Assembly (NCBI GenBank): GCA_963669175.1
Contig: OY769902.1
Coordinates: forward strand, 5,248,001 to 5,312,000
Source: a bacterium
GTDB lineage: Bacteria > Electryoneota > Electryoneia > Electryoneales > Electryoneaceae
Direction: 5' to 3'
Length of the DNA stretch: 64,000 nucleotides
The first letter of the stretch is position 1; each line of letters starts with the position of its first letter. Shown here in pieces: positions 29,624 to 39,186 of this stretch. The notes beneath the pieces were generated by a model. The model saw nothing but the letters and a program-made list of their open reading frames with translations, was not told where the DNA came from and made no database searches. Both the position numbers and the translations under genes were made by a program.

Positions 29624-32500
29624 ATGTCCCATTTGTTAAAGGTGTGGGTTATTTCCGGAGCAATCCTGCTGCTGTTGGCGGGGTTTGCCCTTTCCGGAAC
29701 AACGGGTAAAATTGCCGGCAAAGTGACTGATGCTGCTACCGGTGAACCTGTTCCCGGTGTCAATATTGTCCTGGACGGCACCACTCGTGGCGCCGCAACC
29801 GACCTCGATGGTGTCTATTACATCATCAATATTGCACCCGGCACATACTCCCTCCAGGTTTCTGCCGTCGGCTACGCTGTTCAGAACATCACGGATATCA
29901 AAGTCAATGTCGATGTCACAAGTACGGTTGACATTGAATTGAGCGAACAAGTGGTTGCCGGTGAAGAAGTCACCTTCATTGCCAGACGTCCCAAGGTAAA
30001 GGCCGACCGTACGTTCTCAACTGCCTCCGTTGATGCAACAGACCTTGAAATCATGCCTGTTACAAACACACAGGAAGTTGTTGATCTGCAGGCCGGTGTT
30101 GTGGATGGGCACTTCCGAGGTGGTCGTAGCGGTGAAGTGGTCTACATGCTGGATGGCATTCCGATCCAGGATGTTTATGACAACACCCAGTCGACCAAGG
30201 TCAACCAGGACGTTGTCCAGGAATTACAGGTCATTACCGGCACCTTTAACGCAGAATATGGTCAGGCCATGTCGGGTGTTGTGAACCTGGTGACCAAGGA
30301 TGGCGGCGACGAGTACCACGGTATGCTGGGCGCTCAGATTGGCGATTACTATTCCAACCATAGTAATGAGTTCGATTACATTGATAATATTGACCCCACT
30401 GCCATTCAGAACTACGATTTCTCTCTTTCCGGCCCTACGCCCTTTGTGAAAAAACTGAAGTTCTTCGTGAATGCTCGTTTGGAAGACAACGAAGGCTGGA
30501 TGTATGGCCGCAGAAAGTATGATCCGGACTTTATCGATCAATGGGTTGCATGGGGTGAATACTACGAGTCCATTTTCGAAAACAACAATCCGGTTGTAGC
30601 AGGTCAATTGGCTGATGCCTTCATGGACTCGCTGGGGTGGGATCCGGACAAGTCAGATACCGATAACTTTGCCGCCATGCTTGACAAGTGGGGCCGTTCT
30701 GACAATGAAGCCGTGCCGATGAATCCCAATGAAAATCTTTACCTGTTCGGCAAACTCAGTTACGACCTGACCGACAAGCTGAAACTCAGTGTCACATCGC
30801 TGTGGGATGATCGTGAATACATGGATTTTGACCGCGATTACCTGCAGATACCTGAGGGTGACTATAAGCGGTTCCGTAATGCCAGGACCAACAACGTAAA
30901 ACTGCTCTATGCCGTAAACCAGTCCATGTTTATGGAATTCGGCTATTCCAACAACTTTATCCAGTACCAGCATTATGTATATGAAGATATCAACGACCCG
31001 CGTTACAACTATGATTATTACGGATTCAGCGATACAAATCCATCTTACACGCTGAAGATGATTGGTGTCAAGTACGAACATTTCCGCCGCTATACCAACA
31101 CTCACGTAGTTCAGGGCAAGGCAAGCTGGCAGGTGAACCCGGTCCATTATGTCCAGGCCGGCTTAAACTATAATATCAACGAAGTTTTCTACCGCAGCAT
31201 CAATGATGACATCGGCGATATCGGCCCCACTATTCCGGAGTATGACGGGCACATTCCGCCAGTTTCGGACTTTAATCATGACCATTATCTGTATGATCCG
31301 ATTGAATACGCGGGTTACATACAGGACAAAATCGAACTGAAGAACCTGGTGATTAACATTGGTGTACGATACGACTATTTCAATTCCAACGGAAAAGTCC
31401 TGCGTTATCCGAAAGATCCGGATGTGTACCACCCGGTAAAGGAAGGCTACTATACCGACGCCAATAGCATTCAACATCTGCAACCCTTATCACAAAGGTT
31501 GAACAACTGGTATATAGACCCCTCGGCCAAGACGCAGTTTTCGCCGCGCCTGGGGATCGGGTATCCCATCAGCGAACGTGGTGTTTTACACTTCGCCTAC
31601 GGTCATTTCTTCCAACGGCCACGTTACGAATACCTGTATGCAAATCCCGAATTTGAGATTAAACGACAGGGCGCCGGCTTGCATACAGTCATGGGTAACG
31701 CCGACCTGGAAGCGGAGAAGACAATCTCTTACGAGTTTGGTTTTGACCAGGCCTTGACACCGGATCTCAGCATTGGCGTCAGTATTTATCAACGTGACAT
31801 TCGTGGCCTGGTAGCGGCGGACCTGATCGTGGAAACGAACAGTCCCGGTGTGAAATATGCGCAGTACACCAACCGCGACATTGCTGAAGTAAAGGGTATC
31901 ATCCTCAAGCTGGATCAGCGCTATTCCGGCAACATCAGCTACGGTGTTGACTACACATTCCAGGTCGCCAAGGGTATCGCATCAGATCCGCAGGATGTCT
32001 ACAACGCCCAGAATGGCGATGATGTAAAAGAGCCAATCAAGCAGCTTATTCCGCTGGATTGGGACCGCAGACACACGCTGAATGTGAACTTCAACTATAT
32101 TGTCCCGCAAAAATGGGGCGTTTCGGTAATCGGTACGATCGGCAGCGGCACGCCATTTACCATCGAAACCGGTTCAAGTGTCATTGCCGACCTGGGGTTA
32201 AGCTTCGAGAACGATGGCCGGAAGCCAACATACATGAATGTTGACCTCAGTGGGTATTACGTTATTCCCTACCTGTCCGGCTCACGTTTCAATGCCCGGC
32301 TTGAATTCATGGTGCGTAACCTGCTCGACCGTCTGAACGAGAACGATGTGTTTAAGGACACCGGACGCGCAACCTATCGTACCGACATCCAGGAAGGTGA
32401 ATACACGGACATCACATCGACAGACACATACTGGCTATACTATCCGCAGTATTACTCACGTCCGCGTGAAGTGCGCATAGGAATTAATTTTACGTTCTAA
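29624..32500 (+). CDS. TonB-dependent receptor with N-terminal carboxypeptidase-regulatory-like domain
   Basis: GTTGKIAGKVTD, plug HFRGGRSGEVVYMLDG...TGTFNAEYG, FSPRLG, C-terminal PREVRIGINFTF. Confidence 0.9.
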   Translation: MSHLLKVWVISGAILLLLAGFALSGTTGKIAGKVTDAATGEPVPGVNIVLDGTTRGAATDLDGVYYIINIAPGTYSLQVSAVGYAVQNITDIKVNVDVTSTVDIELSEQVVAGEEVTFIARRPKVKADRTFSTASVDATDLEIMPVTNTQEVVDLQAGVVDGHFRGGRSGEVVYMLDGIPIQDVYDNTQSTKVNQDVVQELQVITGTFNAEYGQAMSGVVNLVTKDGGDEYHGMLGAQIGDYYSNHSNEFDYIDNIDPTAIQNYDFSLSGPTPFVKKLKFFVNARLEDNEGWMYGRRKYDPDFIDQWVAWGEYYESIFENNNPVVAGQLADAFMDSLGWDPDKSDTDNFAAMLDKWGRSDNEAVPMNPNENLYLFGKLSYDLTDKLKLSVTSLWDDREYMDFDRDYLQIPEGDYKRFRNARTNNVKLLYAVNQSMFMEFGYSNNFIQYQHYVYEDINDPRYNYDYYGFSDTNPSYTLKMIGVKYEHFRRYTNTHVVQGKASWQVNPVHYVQAGLNYNINEVFYRSINDDIGDIGPTIPEYDGHIPPVSDFNHDHYLYDPIEYAGYIQDKIELKNLVINIGVRYDYFNSNGKVLRYPKDPDVYHPVKEGYYTDANSIQHLQPLSQRLNNWYIDPSAKTQFSPRLGIGYPISERGVLHFAYGHFFQRPRYEYLYANPEFEIKRQGAGLHTVMGNADLEAEKTISYEFGFDQALTPDLSIGVSIYQRDIRGLVAADLIVETNSPGVKYAQYTNRDIAEVKGIILKLDQRYSGNISYGVDYTFQVAKGIASDPQDVYNAQNGDDVKEPIKQLIPLDWDRRHTLNVNFNYIVPQKWGVSVIGTIGSGTPFTIETGSSVIADLGLSFENDGRKPTYMNVDLSGYYVIPYLSGSRFNARLEFMVRNLLDRLNENDVFKDTGRATYRTDIQEGEYTDITSTDTYWLYYPQYYSRPREVRIGINFTF

Positions 32501-32556
32501 TAGCAGGATTGCAAGTGAACGGGACCGGATCATCCGGTTCATCGAAAGGATAGAGG

Positions 32557-35500
32557 ATGAGTGGATCAGGCATGAAACAGACTGTAACCATTGTATTCCT
32601 TGTCATTTTTCTCCTTGGGCTTGGCGCCGCAGGGTGGGCACAGCAGCTCAAAGAATACAAGGGCAGCGAGTTGTATCGTGCGAAAAACTGGCATACCGGC
32701 AACAAGGTTGGAACGATTTTCTACAACTACGGCCTTGTGGCAAATGTCGGTGAGCAGAGTGGTGAATGGCCGCTTGGTACCGGTGACGAGTATGTAGGCG
32801 ATGTCACACCGCTTGTCGGTATTGAATTTGTCCATCCCGGCGGGGATACTGTCCGGTCTGTCATTACCTGCCTGGGACCACGGTCGGGAAATGAATATAA
32901 CCAGGACGGCACCTTTTCTGGTTTTGAACCGCTTCCCGGTTTTACCGCTGATCCGCTTCCGAATGAAGACCGGCTGGTTGCCATGAGTCATGAAGATGAA
33001 ACCTGGCCCTCTTTCTGGCCGGACCGCAGGTACGATGATCCCAAGGATCAATTGTGGGCGGCGCAGACAGACCTTGGCTGGCCGGGATCCTGGAACGGAT
33101 ATTTCGGCAAGAATGTGTTTAACGCCGATCAGGAATCCTTCTTCATCATGGATGATACAAATGATAGAGAATTCCAGGACTGGCCCCCGAGCAACCCGGT
33201 TCGCTACTACCCGGTGTTTGAGGATACAACGCGCGGTGGTTTGGGCATCCGTGTTGCCGCTCGTGGGTTCCAGTGGGCGCACTTCCTCGCGGAAGACTGT
33301 CTGATCTGGCACTATGAAATCACCAACGTCAGCGACTATGATTACGATAAAGTCGTATTCGGCATGGTCGTCGGCACTCTTTCCGGTGGTCGTAACGACT
33401 CGGAAGATGACCTGGCCTTCTTTGATCCGGATAACGACATCACCTATTCCTGGGATAGCGACGACCAGGTTTCCGGCCAGTGGGTGCCGGTTCGTGAAGG
33501 TGAAATCAATGTCGGTTATGCCGGATACGCATTCCTGGAATCACCGGGCAACGCCTATGACGGCATTGACAATGACGGTGACAGCCAGAACTCAGATAGC
33601 CCGGTTCTGAACTCACTGTACCTTACCGAATGCACCAGCACCGGACTTTCCTACGGCACAGGCGATGAACTGGTACTGATTGATTACAACACCTACGAGC
33701 GTACCGTTACAACCATGCCCGCCAGTGGGCAGCTTATGTATATGGTGCGTGATGACACTTTCTATGTGAGTGCCAACGAGAGCTATGTTGAAGATGGCGT
33801 CAACGGTATCGATGACAATTTCAACGGCCTGATTGACGAGCGGTTGGGTGAGGAAGTCAACGGCAAGCGCCTGGACCACCTTAACCTGAAATACAAGAAT
33901 TACTTCACCGGAGAAGGTGTTGATGATCCGATGATCGATGAAGCTCGTGATGACGGCATTGATAATGATGGCGACTGGGATCCCACTGTTGACGATGTCG
34001 GCGCTGACGGGCAGGGCGGTACAGGTGATGAAGGTGAAAATGATGGTGTCCCGACTTATGGCGAGCCTCATTTCGACCGTACGGACATCAACGAATCCGA
34101 CCAGATCGGCTTGACTTCCTTCGAGTACTTCTCCCCTCCGGGCAACCTGCGCATGAACAATGACGATGGCCTGTGGGAAAAGATGCTCCCGGGTTATATC
34201 GACGTTGTCCCGAACCTCGCGCAGGATGGTGACTTTGTATACGGCTCCGGGTACTTCCCGCTTCCTTCCGGAAAAACAGAACGATTCAGCGTTGCCCTGT
34301 TCTTCGGTGAAGACCTGGAAGACATTACCAATAACAAGATCACAGTACAGCAGATTTACGACAACAACTACAACTTCGTCCGGCCTCCGGAAAAACCAAC
34401 CATGACCGCAGTACCTGGCGATGGAAAAGTCACCCTCTATTGGGACCATGTGGCTGAATCTTCATTTGACATCTCCATGCCTATTGGGCATCAGTATGAC
34501 TTTGAAGGATACAAGGTTTATCGCGCAACGGATTACGCATTCCTTGAGAACTATACCATCACGGACGGCCGTGGTCGTAAAGTATTCCATAAACCAATCG
34601 CTCAATTCGACCTGGATAACGGTAATGCCGGGTATTTCCCGCAACCTTCGTTCGGCTTCAGTTACTACCTGGGCGATGACACCGGAATTCAACATGTCTG
34701 GACGGATACAACGGTAGAAAACGGACAACGGTACTATTACGCCGTTACCGCTTATGACCACGGATATGACGGGTTTACCAACTACACAGTTGATGATGAT
34801 GGTGATACTACGTGGACAGATCACGCCACCTTCTTCCCCGGTGAAACGTCGAAGTACATCTTCCTGAACGCATCCGGTGAACTATCAACAGACATCAATA
34901 CAGCCATGGTCACCCCGGCAGCGCCTGCTGCGGGGTATGTGCCGCCGGTTGTTGGCGCCGCCTATCACAATGCCGGCTACAGTAATGGCCAGGTGTATGT
35001 TGAGGTGGTTGATCCGCGTGAAGTGAACCAGTCCATGTCCTATCGCTTTGAATTCCTTGATCCGGACAGCGTTGGACAAGCCACAGAATACTCGGTCAAA
35101 CAGATTGCCGGTGAAAACCAGAACGTTCTGGTCGAACCAACCGGATTTGGCTACGCTGGCGCAGAAAGTAGAATCCTGGCAATGTTTGATACCTACTTCG
35201 ATTCTATTTATGGGTTGCCCTCCGGTTCATTCATGACCAATGCCAATTACCTGACCTATGAATCGGATGTATTTGGCGGCCTGCGTGCATATATGCTTCA
35301 GCCAAGACGTCCCGGATATATCATTGTTGAAGCGTCGAAATGGTATGCGGGAAGCGTGGATTCCGGCACAGAACCTGTGCGAGAAGACAGTCTGCTTCAT
35401 TACCAGCTTGACCTGATTTCCATTACTTCGATCAAGTATTACGGTGTCGAAAAATATGCTGACTATGAAATCATCTTCCACGATGACTTCATTGACAGTT

Positions 35501-36177
35501 CCGATGCCTTTACCCTTGTTGGCGAGCGTCCACCACCCCGCAGCTACGATAAGGAAGAAGTCAACTTTGAGATCCACAACCTGAGCGGTGGTCAGGACCC
35601 CATGTTCATATACAGGCCAGGTGCAGGCGCTGCGGACAACAAGGTCACTAACGGCAGTGAAATCTGGCTGCTTGAAGTGGAAGAGACAACCGGCGATACG
35701 GTTGGCACCTGGAAAATCCGCTTCAGCGAAGCTTCCAACGATGACCAGGTACTGGACCCGGCCGGGGGCGACACGCTTCGCCTGCGCATGTATAAACCGT
35801 TCACGGAAGACGATCAGTTTACCTTTGACGCCAGTTCGGCCAAGATTGACAAGGGAAAGATAAACCTTGACCGGATAAAGGTATACCCGAACCCGTACCT
35901 GGGCGCTAACAGCCAGGAACCGGCCAACCCGTACACGTCAGGGCGTGGGGAACAGCGTATCACCTTTATCCACCTGCCGGATCAGTGTACAATTCGTATC
36001 TACAATATTCGTGGTGAGCTGGTACAGACTTTGACACACTATGCCAGCATTCACGATGGCAGTGAATCGTGGGATATGCGTAACCTCGACGGGCTGAACA
36101 TCGCATACGGGGTTTATATCTACCATATCGATTCACCGTACGGCGAGCATGTCGGCAAGTTTGCTGTCATCAAATAA
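32557..36177 (+). CDS. Large secreted protein with DGIDNDGD Ca-binding-like repeats, FN3-like domain and variant T9SS C-terminal domain
   Basis: Signal peptide; repeated DGIDN(D)xDG; GDGKVTLYW...YYYAVTAYD; IKVYPNPY...GVYIY...GKFAVIK. Confidence 0.7.
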   Translation: MSGSGMKQTVTIVFLVIFLLGLGAAGWAQQLKEYKGSELYRAKNWHTGNKVGTIFYNYGLVANVGEQSGEWPLGTGDEYVGDVTPLVGIEFVHPGGDTVRSVITCLGPRSGNEYNQDGTFSGFEPLPGFTADPLPNEDRLVAMSHEDETWPSFWPDRRYDDPKDQLWAAQTDLGWPGSWNGYFGKNVFNADQESFFIMDDTNDREFQDWPPSNPVRYYPVFEDTTRGGLGIRVAARGFQWAHFLAEDCLIWHYEITNVSDYDYDKVVFGMVVGTLSGGRNDSEDDLAFFDPDNDITYSWDSDDQVSGQWVPVREGEINVGYAGYAFLESPGNAYDGIDNDGDSQNSDSPVLNSLYLTECTSTGLSYGTGDELVLIDYNTYERTVTTMPASGQLMYMVRDDTFYVSANESYVEDGVNGIDDNFNGLIDERLGEEVNGKRLDHLNLKYKNYFTGEGVDDPMIDEARDDGIDNDGDWDPTVDDVGADGQGGTGDEGENDGVPTYGEPHFDRTDINESDQIGLTSFEYFSPPGNLRMNNDDGLWEKMLPGYIDVVPNLAQDGDFVYGSGYFPLPSGKTERFSVALFFGEDLEDITNNKITVQQIYDNNYNFVRPPEKPTMTAVPGDGKVTLYWDHVAESSFDISMPIGHQYDFEGYKVYRATDYAFLENYTITDGRGRKVFHKPIAQFDLDNGNAGYFPQPSFGFSYYLGDDTGIQHVWTDTTVENGQRYYYAVTAYDHGYDGFTNYTVDDDGDTTWTDHATFFPGETSKYIFLNASGELSTDINTAMVTPAAPAAGYVPPVVGAAYHNAGYSNGQVYVEVVDPREVNQSMSYRFEFLDPDSVGQATEYSVKQIAGENQNVLVEPTGFGYAGAESRILAMFDTYFDSIYGLPSGSFMTNANYLTYESDVFGGLRAYMLQPRRPGYIIVEASKWYAGSVDSGTEPVREDSLLHYQLDLISITSIKYYGVEKYADYEIIFHDDFIDSSDAFTLVGERPPPRSYDKEEVNFEIHNLSGGQDPMFIYRPGAGAADNKVTNGSEIWLLEVEETTGDTVGTWKIRFSEASNDDQVLDPAGGDTLRLRMYKPFTEDDQFTFDASSAKIDKGKINLDRIKVYPNPYLGANSQEPANPYTSGRGEQRITFIHLPDQCTIRIYNIRGELVQTLTHYASIHDGSESWDMRNLDGLNIAYGVYIYHIDSPYGEHVGKFAVIK

Positions 36178-36247
36178 GTTGAAATTTGTTGCGACAACAA
36201 CGCGAATCGCTTTTTCATTCGTGAAGAAGCAAGCGATGGACGGACAT

Positions 36248-37300
36248 ATGGGTAGACGTTGGATTTGGATGCTGCTGCTGGTTATGCTGCCGGTTTCACT
36301 GATGGCAGAAGAGAGGAAAACCGGCACCTCTGCCGCACCGTTCCTGACTATCGGAATCGGGGCGCGTCCACAAGCCATGGGTGGCGCATTTGTTGCCATG
36401 TCGGATGACATACATTCCCTATTCTGGAATCCGGCCGGTCTTGCGAGAATGAACTCTTCCGAAGTGATGCTGGTTCATTCAACCTGGCTTGCCGACATGA
36501 GTTTCGATTATATCGGACTGGCTTTCAACATGGGCCAGGCAGGAACATTGGGGCTTTCTGCCACCATGCTGTCCGTTGGCGAGATGGAGATTACCACGGA
36601 ACAATACCAGGACGGTACCGGCCTGATGTTTGATTCCTACGATATGGCGGCCGCCGTATCCTATGGCTACAAATTCTACGACCGGTTTTCTATCGGGTTT
36701 ACCGGTAAATACATCCGTCAGGTTATCTGGAATGAATCCGCCAGTGGCTTCGCCCTGGACATGGGAACCCTGTTCATTACTCCGTTCAAGGATATCCGTC
36801 TGGGTATGAATATCACCAACTTCGGGACCGACATGAGCATGGAAGGTCGAGACCTTCTTGTTTTTTACGACCCGGATGCGACCAAGGAAGGCAACAACGA
36901 GTCCGTTCCGGCTCAGATTAAAACCGAAGCATGGCCTCTGCCTTTAACCATGCGTCTCGGACTCGCCGGTGAGGTCATTCAGACGCCAAACCACCGGTTG
37001 ACATTGTCCGGCGATTGGGTAGTTCCGAACGACAATACGGAATTTGTCAACGTAGGAACCGAATACGCATTCAATGAGTATGCCTTCCTGCGAGCCGGGT
37101 ATAAGGGCATTAGACCGTATACGTCAAAGGAAACAAACAACTTCAGTTTTGGCGACGGCGACAACGGTGCAGGCTTCACCTTTGGCGGCGGCGCTAAACT
37201 GGCTTTGCAAGGCAACATAGGCATCAATATCGATTACGCGTTTGAAAGTTTTTTCAGGCTCGGAAATGTCCATAAATTTTCTATTGCCTTGAAATTTTAG
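36248..37300 (+). CDS. PorV/PorQ family outer-membrane protein
   Basis: FLTIGIGARPQAMGGAFVA...FWNPAGLA signature; C-terminal Phe. Confidence 0.85.
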   Translation: MGRRWIWMLLLVMLPVSLMAEERKTGTSAAPFLTIGIGARPQAMGGAFVAMSDDIHSLFWNPAGLARMNSSEVMLVHSTWLADMSFDYIGLAFNMGQAGTLGLSATMLSVGEMEITTEQYQDGTGLMFDSYDMAAAVSYGYKFYDRFSIGFTGKYIRQVIWNESASGFALDMGTLFITPFKDIRLGMNITNFGTDMSMEGRDLLVFYDPDATKEGNNESVPAQIKTEAWPLPLTMRLGLAGEVIQTPNHRLTLSGDWVVPNDNTEFVNVGTEYAFNEYAFLRAGYKGIRPYTSKETNNFSFGDGDNGAGFTFGGGAKLALQGNIGINIDYAFESFFRLGNVHKFSIALKF

Positions 37301-37454
37301 GATTCGCTAACGTATTTTTTATGATGCAGCAAAAGCAGACTCGTAATACTGGGCACGGCGTACAGGTCAACGCCAATGCCCTTTGATAGTAGAGAAGGAA
37401 ACACGAAGGCAAAACATTTTGTTTGAGCCGTTCATACCAAAAGGAGAGGTACAG

Positions 37455-38927
37455 ATGAATCTGTTGCGAAAAGGTTTGTTAAGCGTCATGATCCTTGCTC
37501 TTGTAGCGGGCGGCGCTATGGCGGCGAACGTCACCTTCCAGGTGAATATGTCTTTCCAGATCGATCTGGGAAACTTTGATCCTGCGACACAGACGACGTA
37601 TGTGAAGGGTGACTTTAACAGTTGGGATGAGTCCATGGCCCTTACCGACGGTGATGAGGATGGTATTTACACCGGTACTTTCGAAATCGCCGATGGCACC
37701 TACGAGTATAAGTACTTCTACAGCCCGGATGGTTGGGAACAGCTTGACAACAACCGTTCCATGGAAGTAGCCGGCTCGGACGTGACCTTGGATGTAGTCT
37801 GGTTCTCGAACCAGGAACCCCAGGAAACCACACAGCTTGAGATCCTGTTCTCTGTCGATATGTCAGTTGCAATCATTCAGGGAAAATTCGATCCTGCCAC
37901 TGACTGGATCGTTGTGCGTGGCAACTACGATGAGATTGGCCAGTGGGGCGGCGCGGTTCAGCTTTCACTCGACACAGACAACATCTACGCAGCATGGATC
38001 GAGTTTGACAATGCCATCATCGGCGCAAACCTTGAGTACAAGTATGTCATCCTGCATGATGGCAATGTTGATGACCCGAATGGCTGGGAAACGATCATCG
38101 GCAATCGTATATACGTCCCAACCGGTAACGAAGAAGACACCGACAACAATGGGTATGGCGAGTACATTCCGGAAACCGTCTACTACGGTGACACATCTCC
38201 CGATGACATCCTGACACAGGATCTGACAGTCGTCTACCAGGTCAACTGTACCCCGGCCTACTACAAAATCGCTGCCGAGGGTGCTATTTACGATGTACAG
38301 GACAACACTGAGGTAACCAGTTTTGACTTTGTTGCCATTTCTGGCGCACCACCTTTGTCTTGGGATTGGGGCAGCATCCCGGCTGAACACATGGCCTTTG
38401 ACGATGGTCAGAATGGCGACATGACCGCCGGTGACTCCGTTTTCTCCCGTGCGATTGATTATCCAGCCGCCAGTGATAATACACAGATATATAAATACGG
38501 TACTCAAGGTTACGATACAGAAGCGGGGTATCAGATGGACCACAGTATCCAATTCGAAGACAATGGCGACACCTTCTATATCTACGATATTTACGGTTCC
38601 CAAGACACCTTGTATCAGAACTATCCTGCCGAAGTCCGTGAGATGGGCAGCACAACCATCCCGACATCTTTCAGCGTCGAGCAGAACTACCCGAACCCCT
38701 TCAACCCGACCACACAGATCGCGTTCAGCCTGAATGACCGCGCTGATGTCATGGTGAAGGTGTTCAACGTGACTGGCCAGGAAGTCTTCTCGCACAATGC
38801 GGGCACCCTGAATGCAGGCCGTTACAGCGTGACCTTCGACGGCAGCAACCTGTCCAGCGGTGTTTACTTTTACCAGGTCCAGGCCGGTGGCAAGGTCGCC
38901 GTCCGCAAGATGACCCTGATGAAGTAA
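37455..38927 (+). CDS. Secreted starch-binding protein (CBM20/CBM48-like modules) with T9SS C-terminal domain
   Basis: VTFQVNMS, VKGDFNSW, YEYKY, LEYKYV; QNYPNPFNP...SGVYFY; AGGAG RBS. Confidence 0.7.
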   Translation: MNLLRKGLLSVMILALVAGGAMAANVTFQVNMSFQIDLGNFDPATQTTYVKGDFNSWDESMALTDGDEDGIYTGTFEIADGTYEYKYFYSPDGWEQLDNNRSMEVAGSDVTLDVVWFSNQEPQETTQLEILFSVDMSVAIIQGKFDPATDWIVVRGNYDEIGQWGGAVQLSLDTDNIYAAWIEFDNAIIGANLEYKYVILHDGNVDDPNGWETIIGNRIYVPTGNEEDTDNNGYGEYIPETVYYGDTSPDDILTQDLTVVYQVNCTPAYYKIAAEGAIYDVQDNTEVTSFDFVAISGAPPLSWDWGSIPAEHMAFDDGQNGDMTAGDSVFSRAIDYPAASDNTQIYKYGTQGYDTEAGYQMDHSIQFEDNGDTFYIYDIYGSQDTLYQNYPAEVREMGSTTIPTSFSVEQNYPNPFNPTTQIAFSLNDRADVMVKVFNVTGQEVFSHNAGTLNAGRYSVTFDGSNLSSGVYFYQVQAGGKVAVRKMTLMK

Positions 38928-38952
38928 GCTTCATACTACTTTAAGTAACTCT

Positions 38953-38984
38953 AGCCCCATACCGTAATGGTATGGGGCTTTTTT
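38953..38984 (+). terminator. Intrinsic terminator
   Basis: AGCCCCATACC-GTAAT-GGTATGGGGCT followed by a T run. Confidence 0.85.
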
Positions 38985-39186
38985 CATTGTTATCAATGAT
39001 TCTTTTAAAAATGATCTATCAGCTCTCAATGGCCTTGCTTACCCGCTTTTCGGCTTAGTAGTTTAAGGTATTAGTTTATTTGCGAAGTGAGCAGTTTCGT
39101 CATTTTTAGTGTTTTTTTTATATTTTGCCTTTAGCAGATAAGCTATAAGAGCTTATCTCATTTAGAATACAATATGGAGGTGTACC

